Origin: an uncultured archaeon
GTDB taxonomy: Archaea > Thermoproteota > Nitrososphaeria > Nitrososphaerales > Gagatemarchaeaceae
Assembly (NCBI GenBank): GCA_963817525.1
Contig: CAWFOU010000001.1
Span: 608,001 to 672,000, forward strand
Direction of reading: 5' to 3'
DNA length: 64,000 bases
Positions 9,523 to 19,558 of this stretch are shown here, in pieces. The notes beneath the pieces were generated by a model. That model was not told the origin of the DNA and made no database searches. It was given only the letters and a program-made list of their open reading frames with translations. Positions within the stretch are counted from its first letter, which is position 1; each line of letters starts with the position of its first letter. The position numbers were made by a program, and so were the translations under genes.

Positions 9523-9664
9523 ACGCGCTCACGTGCTCCGCTTGCCTCTCCTTTTTAGCCACCCATGGAAGAATCTTCCAGCGCCCTAACGGCCGCTAAG
9601 ATTTAATTACTTGAATCGAAAACCTTGACCCACCGAAGGAAACCACGGTGGGAAGTGATATCGG

Positions 9665-10015
9665 ATGAGTTTCGGACAACGTGGAGGCGGCTACGGCAGC
9701 CGCGGCGGATTCGGCGACAGAGGAGACAGCTCCAAGCCAAAGCCGGTGGAGGTCGGGAAGGTATACGACGTCACCATCTCTGACACCAGCAGGCGCGGCG
9801 ATGGAATCGCAAAGATCGACGGCTTCGTGATATTCGTGGCCGGCGGGAAGCAAGGCCAGTCAGCCAAGGTCAAGGTCACCCAGGTCTCGAACAGGTTCGC
9901 GACGGGCACCGTCGTGGAGGGCACGGGGACGACCGCAGCGCCAGACGCCTCAGGCATAACCAACGCACCTGAGGTCGCTGAGATCGCTGAAGAACTGGAA
10001 GAGGCTGACGAGTAG
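9665..10015 (+). CDS. single TRAM-domain RNA-binding protein
   Basis: KPVEVGKVYDVTI..SRRGDGIAKIDGFVIFV; RGG-rich N-terminus and acidic tail. Confidence 0.93.
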   Translation: MSFGQRGGGYGSRGGFGDRGDSSKPKPVEVGKVYDVTISDTSRRGDGIAKIDGFVIFVAGGKQGQSAKVKVTQVSNRFATGTVVEGTGTTAAPDASGITNAPEVAEIAEELEEADE

Positions 10016-10126
10016 GCGGAGCTGGCCCTCCGCATCGAAGACGAGGTTGGACCTCGGCCGGAGGCAACCTCCCCCCAATTCTGATCTTTTCTGCGACCTG
10101 AATCGCATATCTAGCCTGCCGCCGCG

Positions 10127-10540
10127 GTGGAGGCGATGATCGAGGTCTACACCGACGGCCGGGCGGAGCCGAACCCCGGGCTCGGGACGTACGGGTATGT
10201 GATCTACAGGGACGGCAAGAGCGTCCATTCGGAGCAGGGCTTCGCAGGGCGGGACGTCACGAACAACTACGCCGAGTACTTCTGCCTGGTGAGGGCGCTG
10301 GAGCGACTCGAACCCCACCGCGACGAGGAGATCACGGTCTTCTCGGACTCCACCCTTCTCGTCAACCAGATGGCTGGGCGGTGGAAGTTCAAGGGGGGAA
10401 ACTACGGCGAGAAGTACCTTGACGCAAAGGAGCTCGCGAGAAAGTTCCCGAGGCTCCGGTTCGAGTGGATCCCGCGTGAGAAGAACGCGGAGGCGGACGA
10501 GCTGACGAACATCGCGTTCGCAAGGCTGAGAGACGGCTAG
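10127..10540 (+). CDS. rnhA: ribonuclease HI
   Basis: YTDG..NPG, TNNYAEY, SDSTL and WIPREKNAEAD. Confidence 0.93.
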   Translation: MEAMIEVYTDGRAEPNPGLGTYGYVIYRDGKSVHSEQGFAGRDVTNNYAEYFCLVRALERLEPHRDEEITVFSDSTLLVNQMAGRWKFKGGNYGEKYLDAKELARKFPRLRFEWIPREKNAEADELTNIAFARLRDG

Positions 10541-10595
10541 ACTCGGGGAGCAAAAGATAATATCCGTGGTCAGGGCAAAGGGGGCAGACACTTCT

Positions 10596-11441
10596 ATGGA
10601 CTATGGGCTCAATAACAGGATAGCTCGGATGATAAGGCCGTCCACGGGCCATTCCGTGATGCTCGCGTGCGACCACGGATATTTCATGGGCCCTACCCGG
10701 AGGCTCGAAGACCCGAGGAGCACCATATCGCCGCTCGTCCCCTATGCGGACGTCGTCTCGGTAACCCGCGGGATACTCCGGAGCTCGGTCGACCCGGCTT
10801 GGGACATCCCCATCCTTCTGCGGGTCTCGGGCGGCACGAGCATCCTCAAGGAGGACCTTAGCGACGAGGGGATAACCACGTCGATGAAGGACGCGGTAAG
10901 GCTCAACGCCACGGCGGTCTCGATCTCGATCTTCGTGGGAGCGCCGAACGAGAGGCAGACCCTCCTGAACCTCGGCAAGCTCGTCGACGAGGGGGAGGAG
11001 TACGGGATGCCCGTGGTGGCCATCACTGCCGTGGGGAAGGAGCTGGAGAAGCGGGACGACAGGTACCTCTCTCTCGCGTGCAGGATAGCCGCGGAGATCG
11101 GCGCGCATATCGTAAAGACCTACTACTGCGAAGGGTTCTCGAGGGTCGTGGACGGGTGCCCGGTGCCGCTGGTGGTGGCTGGGGGGCCGAAGCTTAACAC
11201 GGAGGCGGACGTCTTCAGGCTGGTCCACAATGCTGTCGAGGAGGGCGCGGTCGGCGTCGACATGGGGAGGAACATCTGGCAGAACGACAGCCCCGTGGCC
11301 GTGATAAAGGCGATAAACGCGATAGTGCACGAAGGCGCCACAGAAAAGGAGGCGCTCGACCTCTTCAACGCCTCGAGGGGGAAGGTGGAGGAGCTGACCA
11401 GCCCGCGGGCTCCTCGCAGGCAGCACCGCAAGCGGTCCTAG
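10596..11441 (+). CDS. lsrF: LsrF-type class I aldolase/thiolase
   Basis: MLACDHGYFMGP, RVSGGTS, IVKTYY, AGGPK and GVDMGRNIWQ. Confidence 0.88.
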   Translation: MDYGLNNRIARMIRPSTGHSVMLACDHGYFMGPTRRLEDPRSTISPLVPYADVVSVTRGILRSSVDPAWDIPILLRVSGGTSILKEDLSDEGITTSMKDAVRLNATAVSISIFVGAPNERQTLLNLGKLVDEGEEYGMPVVAITAVGKELEKRDDRYLSLACRIAAEIGAHIVKTYYCEGFSRVVDGCPVPLVVAGGPKLNTEADVFRLVHNAVEEGAVGVDMGRNIWQNDSPVAVIKAINAIVHEGATEKEALDLFNASRGKVEELTSPRAPRRQHRKRS

Positions 11442-11447
11442 CAAGAG

Positions 11448-11927
11448 CTACTCCAGGGCTAGCTTCTCTAGCTTCTTCCTGGCGTCCTCGAGGATGGCGG
11501 CGGCCTTCTTGGCCTTCTCCCTGTCGAGGTCTCTGGAAAGGGAGCCCATCGTGCGACGCAGCTTCATGCTCGCCTCGATGACCTGGAGCCTGCCGCCCTC
11601 CTTTGCCTGCTTCCAGCCCTTCAGCAGCCGCTAGAGCTCTGCCTCGTTCTCCTCGTAGAACTTCTCCCCCGCGTCGGTCACCCTGTAGACCTTCTTGCCC
11701 CTCTTCTCGTCCGCCGCGATGTAGCTCTCGTCCTCCAGCCACTGGAGCGTGGGGTAGACGATTAACGGGCTCGGGGAGTAGAGCCCGCCGAATATCCCGC
11801 TGATCTCTTTGACGACCTCATACCCGTGCATCGGTTTCTTGCTCAGGACTTCCAGCACAAGCACGCGAATGTCACCGCGCCTGAGCAGGCGGGAATCGCG
11901 CATCCACTGACGTCCAAATCCCATCAT
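11448..11927 (-). pseudogene. PadR family regulator interrupted by in-frame TAG at 11631-11633
   Basis: RGDIR..LL..KPMHGYE...VYPTLQWLED; the frame continues 60 codons past the TAG to a stop at 11448. Confidence 0.8.
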
Positions 11928-11945
11928 CGTGTATTCACTTGAAAG

Positions 11946-11962
11946 ATATCGCGATATATCGC
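11946..11962. promoter_or_regulatory. palindromic operator upstream of padR
   Basis: Overlapping palindromes ATATCGCGATAT (11946-11957) and GCGATATATCGC (11951-11962). Confidence 0.65.
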
Positions 11963-12069
11963 ATTCAACGCCTCGAGACGGTTCGATCAGGGGGACGCGG
12001 GCGACCTCACCAGATTCACAGGAGAGTAAGGAGGTATAGTTTTTACCCCTAAGCAGAGGAGGGCCCGTC

Positions 12070-13077
12070 GTGGCGGCGGAAGAGAGCAAGACCGTGGGGG
12101 TGGGGATCGTCGGCGCGGGAAGGATGGGCAGGATCCACGCTGCTAACATCGCGGGGGAGATCCCCAACGCGAAGTTGGTGGCGGTCTCCGACGTGGTCGA
12201 GGACTCCGCGAAGAAGCTGGCGGCAGAGTTCGGGGTCACCAACGTGTTCAACGACTACCTGAGGCTCGTGCAGAACCGGGAGGTGCAGGCGGTGGTGATA
12301 GCCACCCCGACCCTTCAAAAGCAGCAGATTGTGAAGTTCGCGTGCGAAGCGGGGAAACACATTTTCTGTGAGAAGCCCATTGCCACGAGCCTCCGCGACG
12401 CGGAGCAGGTGGTGAAGTCCAGCCAGAGTTCCCCCGCCAAGTTCCAGGTGGGGTACCAGAGGAGGTTCGACCCCCTCCACGTGAAGATCAAGGAGACGCT
12501 CGAGGCGGGCGAGATAGGCAGCGTCGTGATGGTAAAGTCAAGCAGGCGGGACCCCCTCCCGAGCCCGTCGCAGTGGCCCGACCTCAAGAACAGCGGGGGG
12601 ATCTTCTTCGACACGTGCAGCCACGACTACGACCTCATCAGGTGGCTATGCGGGAGCGAGGTGAACAGGGTCGGGGCGGACGGGTCGCCCCGCTCGCAGC
12701 CGGACCAGCACACGGCGGTCACCAATCTGTCTATGGCGAACGGCGTGGTCGCCCAGGTCGATGCGAGCAGGATGTCGAGCTACGGGTTCGACGTGAGGGT
12801 CGAGGTCCTCGGGACCGGCGGCGCGATCTTCACGCGGCCGGACGCGGCCAGCGGCATCAGGGTGGTCAAGGGCTCGCAGGAGAAGGTCGCGAGCTACAAC
12901 GGGTCCCTGGACCGGTTCAAGGAGGCCTACAGGCTGGAGATGGAGTCGTTCATCGACTGCATCGTCAAGGACGCCGAGACCAAGGTGAACGCACTGGACG
13001 GGAAGGCCGCCGTAGAGGTGGCCGCGGCCGCCAAAAAGTCGATGCAGGAAGGGAAGGCGGTCAACCTTCCGCTCTGA
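12070..13077 (+). CDS. Gfo/Idh/MocA oxidoreductase (inositol 2-dehydrogenase-like)
   Basis: GAGRMG, HIFCEKP, GYQRRFDP, D..SHDYD and YGFDVRVEV. Confidence 0.9.
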   Translation: MAAEESKTVGVGIVGAGRMGRIHAANIAGEIPNAKLVAVSDVVEDSAKKLAAEFGVTNVFNDYLRLVQNREVQAVVIATPTLQKQQIVKFACEAGKHIFCEKPIATSLRDAEQVVKSSQSSPAKFQVGYQRRFDPLHVKIKETLEAGEIGSVVMVKSSRRDPLPSPSQWPDLKNSGGIFFDTCSHDYDLIRWLCGSEVNRVGADGSPRSQPDQHTAVTNLSMANGVVAQVDASRMSSYGFDVRVEVLGTGGAIFTRPDAASGIRVVKGSQEKVASYNGSLDRFKEAYRLEMESFIDCIVKDAETKVNALDGKAAVEVAAAAKKSMQEGKAVNLPL

Positions 13078-13082
13078 GCTAG

Positions 13083-14430
13083 CCGTTGTTGGAAGCATGT
13101 CAATTTAGGACATCGCTTCTTTAGGAGCGTTGGCGCCTTTCTCAGTCCCACCTGCTACGGCCGTGTCGGCCACGGGCCCGTGCCACAGGTATTCATCCCT
13201 CACAAGGCTCCAAGAGGCCTCCTCACTCACGGAGAACGGTCGTCCGCAAAGGCGCGATCCGCGGCAGGCTATGGCCAACGAGGCCAGCCGGTTCCTGTCG
13301 TAGTCGGCGCCGCATGTTGGATCGCGCTGACCCTCCAGCGCATGTCAGAGGGGATCCGAGCTGGGTGCTCTATTTTTCCACCGCATACGGGACATCTCGA
13401 AGAAGTCCCTCTCGGATCAATGTAAAGTGTCGTCCTAGGCGACTTGTAGTCGACCATCGTCTGTACCATTCGATACGGCCAGCGGTTCAGCCTTTCCCTG
13501 AACCTACTCCCTTCAGTCCGCTTGTTCTTGATGTGTTTGAGGTCCTCGAGGACGAACGTGGCGCCGGGGTATCTCCTCACGAGGCCTGAGCTCAGCTTGT
13601 GCAGGGCATCCTTGTTCGGCGCCTCTGCCTCCCTCTCGTCTCCTCCAGCTTCTCGGCGCGCTTTTGCGGGTTCTTGACGTGGAGCTGGAGCCGCCTGCGC
13701 CTCCTTGAGAACGAGTCTTGTGTGTGCTCGATGTTCCCTGTTGGTATTGTGTACGGGTGACCGAGCCTCCCCCTGTCGACTGGTGTGCAGTCTACGGTTG
13801 CGAAGTTCAGGTCGACCCCGACCAGCGTGTCGCTAAGAGGTTTTGAGGCGAGCCCCTCGACGAAGGTCAGAAGCAGTCGACCGTCTGTCAGCGTTATCTC
13901 GCCCAGCCTGCCCTGAGAGTATGCGCCCACTTTTTGTGGCTCGGTCTGAACCTGACGTATTCGTAAGGCCTGATCGTGATCCGGACCGTCACTTGGCCGT
14001 CATCGTCCTTCGTCATCTTGAACAGCTCCCCGTCTATCCGCATTGAGAGCTTATCCAAAGACGGCAGCGCGAGTTCCTTGTGCCTCTTTCTGTAGGCTCT
14101 CAGCAGAGCGACCGCCTTGCTGCAGACCGGGCTGATGTGGTGGCGCGCGTATGGCATTGACGACACGAACCACGGCCTGACCTTCTTCCTGAGACTTATC
14201 GGTGAAGGGATCCTTCCGCCGTTGAGCCTCGCATCCACGAGGGCGTAGGCGAGGGCCATCCTCGTGGCATCTCGCATGTCGGAGAGGTACTCGAGCACGC
14301 GCGGGCTCGGGACGTACTCTATCGCGATGGTCCGTTTCTGGCCGAGGGACTTCCAGAGGTGGGTCACCGCTCGGTGGCCTCCAATGCCCAGTCGGCTAGC
14401 TTCAACACGGTTGTACCGTGTTCGACTACA
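13083..14430 (-). mobile_element. degenerate IS200/IS605-type (tnpB-only) element
   Basis: tnpB fragments, no tnpA; hairpin AACACGGT-tgt-ACCGTGTT at 14404-14422; ends approximate. Confidence 0.75.
13105..14367 (-). pseudogene. tnpB: TnpB RNA-guided nuclease, at least three frameshifts
   Basis: RuvC-I GVDLN, RuvC-II VLEDL, PRGTSSRCPVCG and TCGADYDRNRLASLAI spread over four successive frameshifted segments. Confidence 0.88.
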
Positions 14431-14482
14431 TAGCGACCAATGTTTAGGGCACGATTTGGTACTGAATGGTAAGCAAAGACGA

Positions 14483-15598
14483 TTACTGTTGAGAACTCTT
14501 CACGGCAGAGAGGGATTCGGAGAGCGCGTCGATCACGGTGGACATCGCCTTCGGCGTGGCCGAGGTGCCCATGTGGCCGATCCTGATGATCCGGCCGCTG
14601 TTCGACTCGAGCCCGTCGGCTATCATGATGTCGTGCTTATCGAGAAGCCTCTCCCGGAGGGCCGCGGACCAGGCCGGTTGCACCTTCGCCACGCTCACGG
14701 TGTTGGAGAGGAACTCCTTCTGAGTGAAGACCGGGAGCCCCACTTCAACGAAGCCCTTCCTAAGCTGGGACGCGGCGCTCGCGTGCCTCTTGTATCGGTT
14801 CTGGAGGCCCTCCTCGAGCACCAATTCTACCGCCTTGCGCAGGGCGACGATCACCGACGTGGGCATGGAGGACGGATATGGGTGCCCCCATGAGCTGTCT
14901 TCCTTGATAGACTGGCTCCAGGTGTTCAAGTCCAAGAACAGGCTGTGGATGCGCGACTTGTTCCCCCTCGCCGTCTCCCACGAAGCTTCTCCTATCGCCA
15001 CCGGCTGAGCCCCGAATATCCCGCCGATCGCCTTGCTCGCGTATCCGATGACATAGTCGGCGCCCCACTCGTCCATCTTCACCTCCATCCCGCCAAAGGT
15101 GGAGATGGCGTCGAGGACCGCGAGCACTCCCCTCTTCTTGCACACCTTGAATATCTCGGCCGGCGAGGTGGCCGCGCCCGTCGAGGTCTCCGTATGGACT
15201 AGGAAGAGGGCCTTCCCGGCCACGTCCCTTCCCGACTCGTCCAGAACGCGCGCCACGTCCTCCGCCGTCGGACCGGAACCCAGCTTGGAGGATATCGGGA
15301 CTGCGGTGCCCCCCACCGCCTTTATCATCTTGGGGATCATGCCGGAGAAGACGCCGTTCACGCAGACGAAGCCCGTCCCTCCGCGCCCGACGAGGTTGAC
15401 CACCGAGGTCTCCACGGCTACCTGGCCCGGGACTGGCATGAGGAGAACGTCGCTCTTCGTCCCGAAGACCTTCTTCAGCTGCGAGGTGGTGTCGTCGTAG
15501 ATGGACTTCCACTTGGCGCCATAGTGAGGGAGAACGGGCTGCGCCAGCGCCTTCAGGACCTCAGGGTCGGGCTGCGTGGGCCCCGGAATCATTAACAA
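14483..15598 (-). CDS. class V aminotransferase (serine/alanine-glyoxylate type)
   Basis: LMIPGPT, VHTETSTG, LDAIST, ASKAIG and IRIGHMG. Confidence 0.92.
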   Translation of the reverse strand: MLMIPGPTQPDPEVLKALAQPVLPHYGAKWKSIYDDTTSQLKKVFGTKSDVLLMPVPGQVAVETSVVNLVGRGGTGFVCVNGVFSGMIPKMIKAVGGTAVPISSKLGSGPTAEDVARVLDESGRDVAGKALFLVHTETSTGAATSPAEIFKVCKKRGVLAVLDAISTFGGMEVKMDEWGADYVIGYASKAIGGIFGAQPVAIGEASWETARGNKSRIHSLFLDLNTWSQSIKEDSSWGHPYPSSMPTSVIVALRKAVELVLEEGLQNRYKRHASAASQLRKGFVEVGLPVFTQKEFLSNTVSVAKVQPAWSAALRERLLDKHDIMIADGLESNSGRIIRIGHMGTSATPKAMSTVIDALSESLSAVKSSQQ

Positions 15599-15673
15599 GA
15601 CTCGAGCAACACTCCCGCTCTTCTCCCGCCCCGGCCCCGGACGATATTTAAGGCTCGTCGGGAGACTTGACGA

Positions 15674-16420
15674 GGGTGTCCAGGGATTTGTCTGACTTCA
15701 AGCGCCATGCGAACTGCCCTGGGCACAGGCATGGAGGAGAAATGAAGAAATGACTCTTATGATTGGCAAGTATGAGTGGTATTATTTGGTCCCATTCGTC
15801 GGCTTTGCTCGAGCCACCAAGGCACAAGGACTTTCATGGAGCGTTGCGGAGAATGTCCTTCTTTACGCAGGGGTCGGCTTCTTCTTTTCTCACTTCGCGC
15901 TTGTAGCGGCCAAATTTGTTCTCGCCGCTCTTGTGATTTCTATCCCCGCTGAGTGGCTGATAATTTTCAAAACTAGAAGCAGGAGGTTCGGATGGGAGGA
16001 ATACACGCTTTCCAATTACCTGCTCAATGTGTCCTATGTCCTTGAATTCTTCTCACTCGGCATCTTGCTTGGGTTGCTGTGAACCTCCCGAAGAGCCTGC
16101 AGACGAAACCTGATTTGTCGAGGCAACTGAATACCAAAATGGGTATCTGCGTTAATGCGGCGGTTTCGCCGACAGATCCAAGAGGAAAAGGAATCCGGGA
16201 TATCAAGCGAGAAGGTGGGGCAACTATCTGGAGTCTGCTCTAGCCCTCAGACTGGGAAGGAAAAAGGGCTGACAAGTGAAGCTGCGATGAGGAACGAGAC
16301 GACGACTCCAATCCTCGGAGCAGATGCCAGGGAGGCGCGCCTCCTGCAGGCGCACCAGAACCGGACTAGGCGTGATGAATGGGGGAGCAAGAGTTGCTAC
16401 CGGGTCCCCAGGGATTTGTC
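15674..16420. repeat. imperfect direct repeat pair
   Basis: GGGTGTCCAGGGATTTGTC (15674-15692) and GGGTCCCCAGGGATTTGTC (16402-16420). Confidence 0.5.
15750..16082 (+). CDS. small multi-TM hypothetical protein, AT-rich
   Basis: 110 aa, 3-4 hydrophobic segments, GGAGG upstream. Confidence 0.6.
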   Translation: MTLMIGKYEWYYLVPFVGFARATKAQGLSWSVAENVLLYAGVGFFFSHFALVAAKFVLAALVISIPAEWLIIFKTRSRRFGWEEYTLSNYLLNVSYVLEFFSLGILLGLL

Positions 16421-16764
16421 GACCCGTCCCTCTCGTAGCTTCGAAAGTTTCGCATGCACTGCCAGGGTGGCTTGGAAGGTCAAATCCGCGTTGAGCTGAA
16501 TCTCCGTCTTCTTCTGCTCGCTTAGTTCTTCCAAAATCAGCCACCCTTGAGGCTCTCTTCCGCCCGTTTATGCTTTTCAGTCAAGTCGTCGTAGAGAAGC
16601 TTTGCCTCCAACGAGGCGCTGAATAGGATCTGCACGACATTCCCGACCCGCACTAGTCGAATCGAGGTCGTCCCAATGTCGAACTGGCCGCCCTCGATGT
16701 CCCTGCTCAACGTGGAAGGAGGTCTGCTCGCCCTTTAAGCGCATATGGAGCGCGCAAAGGGACC

Positions 16765-18783
16765 TCAGATGACGGTCAGGCTTTCGTAGGCCTGCTTGAC
16801 CTCTTCGACCGATGCCTCGTCCTCGAGCGTCGCGACGTCGCCTAAGGGCTTGCCCTCCGCCACGGCCTTCACGAGCCGCCGCATTATCTTGCCGCTCCTC
16901 GTCTTGGGCAGCTTGTTGACGAAATAGACCTGCGATGGCTCCGCGATCGGGCTGAAGTTGCTCCTCACCCACAGGCGGATCTCCTTCCTCAGCTCTTCGC
17001 TGGGCGCGAAGCCCTGCTTCAGGACTACGAACGCAATCGGGACCTCACCCTTGATGGGGTCCGGGATGGCCACGACCGCGGCCTCGGACGCTCCCTTGTG
17101 CGAGACGATGGACGACTCGAGCTCGAAGGTCCCGATCCTGTGTCCCGCGACCTTGAGCACCTCGTCCGCCCTTCCCGCCACCCAGATGTACCCGTCGTTG
17201 TCCTTTACCGCGTAGTCCCCGCAGTAGAAGTAGCCCTTCTCCCCGAACTTCTCATAGTATTGCTTGGCGTACCTCTCGGGGTCTCCCCACATCCCCGTCG
17301 GGGCGCCGGGCATCCCCGGCCACGGGTTCTTTATCACGAGGAGGCCCTTCTGGCCGTGCTTGACCGGCTCGCCCTTTTCGTCCACCACGTCGGCGTCTAT
17401 CCCTGGGAGCGGGAGGCCGTTGGTCCCCGGCTTCATGGGGAGGAGCATCAGGCCGGGGAGGTGGCTGATCATTATCCCGCCTGTCTCGGTCATCCACCAC
17501 GTCGAGCCTACGGGACACCTCTTTTCGCCCACCACTTCGAAGAGCCACCGCCACGCAGAGGGGTTGATCGGCTCCCCCACGCTGTGTATCAGCCTAAGGG
17601 AGCCCCTGTCGTGCTTCCGCACAAAGTCCTCACCGAACCTCATCTGCATCCGCGTCGCCGTGGGAGTGGTGTAGAAGACGGAGACCCCGTACCTCTCTAT
17701 CACCTGCCACCATCTGTCCGGCTGGGGAAAGTCTAGCGTTCCTTCGTAGACCACGGTGGTGGCGCCCTCGATCAGCGGTCCGAAGACCACGTAGCTGTGG
17801 CCGGTGACCCAACCTATGTCTGCCGGGCACCAGTAGACGTCGCTGTCCTTGATGTCGAAGACCCACTTCATCGTGGTGTGCAGCAGGACCGCGTACCCCC
17901 CGTTGTCGTGTATCATCCCCTTGGGCTTCCCCGTCGTCCCGGAAGTGTAGAGGACGTAGAGCGGGTGCTCGCTCTCCAGCGGCTCGGGCTCGACCCGCGC
18001 TGACACGGGCACCCCGCGAAGGAGGTCGTCGAGCCAATAGTCCCTCCCCGCCTTCATGTTGGTGTCCTTGGAGTCGGTCCTCTTGACGACTATGACCTGG
18101 CTGACGGTCCTCGTCTGCTCCAGCGCCTTGTCTGCGATCTCCTTGAGGTTCACCTGCTTCCCCCTCCTGTTTAGGCCGTCCGCCGTCACGAGTAGCTTGG
18201 CGCCAAGGTCGTTCATCCTGGACGATAGCGCCTCCGCGCTGAAGCCGCTGAAGACGACCGTGAACGTCACCCCGAGCCTCGCGGCCGCGAGGAGCACGAT
18301 GAAGGCTTCCGGGACCATCGGGAGGTAGACGGCCATCCTGTCTCCTTTCCTCAAGCCGAAGTTGTTCCTCAGAAGGAACGCGAACCGGTTGACCTCCCTC
18401 CAAAGGTCGTAGTAGGTGAACTTCCTCACCTCGACGGGGGCGCCGTCCTTCCCCGCCGCCTCGCTCTCCCAGATGAGCGCGACCTTGTTCCTCCGGGGCC
18501 CCTCGACGTGCCTGTCGAGGGCGAGCTGCGACAGGTTCAGGGCTCCGCCCTGGAACCACTTGGTGACGAAGGGGTAGTCGCCCGGGCCCTGGACCATGGC
18601 CCAAGGCCTCTGCCACAGGAGCTCCTTGGCCAGCCGCTCCCACTGGGCGTCGGGGTCCCCGATGGAGGAGGCGTGCGACGCCCGGTAGGTTTCGACGTCC
18701 ACTTGCCGTCCGGCCCAGTTGGGGAGCTCGATCCTCTCGTCGAAGGGGAGGGACTCGCCGAGTATCTCGGCCTCTCCTGTCAT
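16765..18783 (-). CDS. acs: acetyl-CoA synthetase (AMP-forming)
   Basis: YTSGTTGKPKG, ADIGWVTGHSY, WWMTETG and PKTRSGKIMRR; ATG 18783 with CTTAATA ~28 bp upstream. Confidence 0.95.
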   Translation of the reverse strand: MTGEAEILGESLPFDERIELPNWAGRQVDVETYRASHASSIGDPDAQWERLAKELLWQRPWAMVQGPGDYPFVTKWFQGGALNLSQLALDRHVEGPRRNKVALIWESEAAGKDGAPVEVRKFTYYDLWREVNRFAFLLRNNFGLRKGDRMAVYLPMVPEAFIVLLAAARLGVTFTVVFSGFSAEALSSRMNDLGAKLLVTADGLNRRGKQVNLKEIADKALEQTRTVSQVIVVKRTDSKDTNMKAGRDYWLDDLLRGVPVSARVEPEPLESEHPLYVLYTSGTTGKPKGMIHDNGGYAVLLHTTMKWVFDIKDSDVYWCPADIGWVTGHSYVVFGPLIEGATTVVYEGTLDFPQPDRWWQVIERYGVSVFYTTPTATRMQMRFGEDFVRKHDRGSLRLIHSVGEPINPSAWRWLFEVVGEKRCPVGSTWWMTETGGIMISHLPGLMLLPMKPGTNGLPLPGIDADVVDEKGEPVKHGQKGLLVIKNPWPGMPGAPTGMWGDPERYAKQYYEKFGEKGYFYCGDYAVKDNDGYIWVAGRADEVLKVAGHRIGTFELESSIVSHKGASEAAVVAIPDPIKGEVPIAFVVLKQGFAPSEELRKEIRLWVRSNFSPIAEPSQVYFVNKLPKTRSGKIMRRLVKAVAEGKPLGDVATLEDEASVEEVKQAYESLTVI

Positions 18784-18918
18784 CTGGGTCGCTGATTTGC
18801 CCGGTTCACATATTAAGGGTTCGAGGGGTTCGTTATGGTTACCTGGCACCTCTAAAGACGGGAAATCGTGGGCTCTACCGGCAACGACTATCTCCACGAC
18901 ACGTGTAAGGGTTGTTTC

Positions 18919-19425
18919 CTAACTACGTTCACCACTCTCGACGTCCCCCGTCTGTGGTCTGTAATGCTTGCGTCCGGCAAGCCCTAGCTTGGATGCCTCA
19001 ACCTCAGCGTCAGCCACTTGCTGATGCCTCTCTAGGGCTTCCATGCTGTCCTCGGTCATGTCCTCGAAGACCGTGAAAGAGAAGACATCATCCATGTAGC
19101 CTATCTGGAGATAGAACTGGCGGAAGAGTTTCGGGTTGCCCTTCCGGGGGAATCGGCTCCACATCCCAAGCAAGTCAATCCATATCCAGGTGGAGACTCT
19201 GGGCTCGTATTCGTCCCTCTCGTCAAGGTCAAGGCCTTCCCAATCAAAGAGAGATTCACAATAGCTCTTGATGTAGGGCTGGAGTATGTACAGCTCGCGA
19301 TGCAGGCTCGCGTTAAGGGTCTTCTCGTCCGAATCGTCATAATAGTTGAAGCTAATCCCCAAGAACTTGCCTTCGTCGGAGCTCATCATTCCCGACCCCC
19401 TAAGGTCTTGCAAGCACGGCGTCAT
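18919..19425 (-). CDS. acidic hypothetical protein
   Basis: 168-aa ORF in an AT-richer gap. Confidence 0.6.
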   Translation of the reverse strand: MTPCLQDLRGSGMMSSDEGKFLGISFNYYDDSDEKTLNASLHRELYILQPYIKSYCESLFDWEGLDLDERDEYEPRVSTWIWIDLLGMWSRFPRKGNPKLFRQFYLQIGYMDDVFSFTVFEDMTEDSMEALERHQQVADAEVEASKLGLAGRKHYRPQTGDVESGERS

Positions 19426-19558
19426 ATTTAGCCGATATGAAATTCCTTAGTCAGTCTCCCTACCGCTTCCTTCGACATCATATCATAGCCCCACCGAAGG
19501 CTAATTCGAGAACTTTCGATGAGGCAAGGGTTTATCAATAGTCCGGCTTGATTTCTTT

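Noticed and set aside
11631-11633. Genome-wide TAG recoding (pyrrolysine or alternative code)
   Set aside because: TAG ends many conserved genes at their normal positions (purB, purL, rnhA) and no pyl genes are present
13105-14367. Cas12f/Cas14 CRISPR effector
   Set aside because: No array or cas genes nearby and the gene is frameshifted; a TnpB remnant is the simpler explanation
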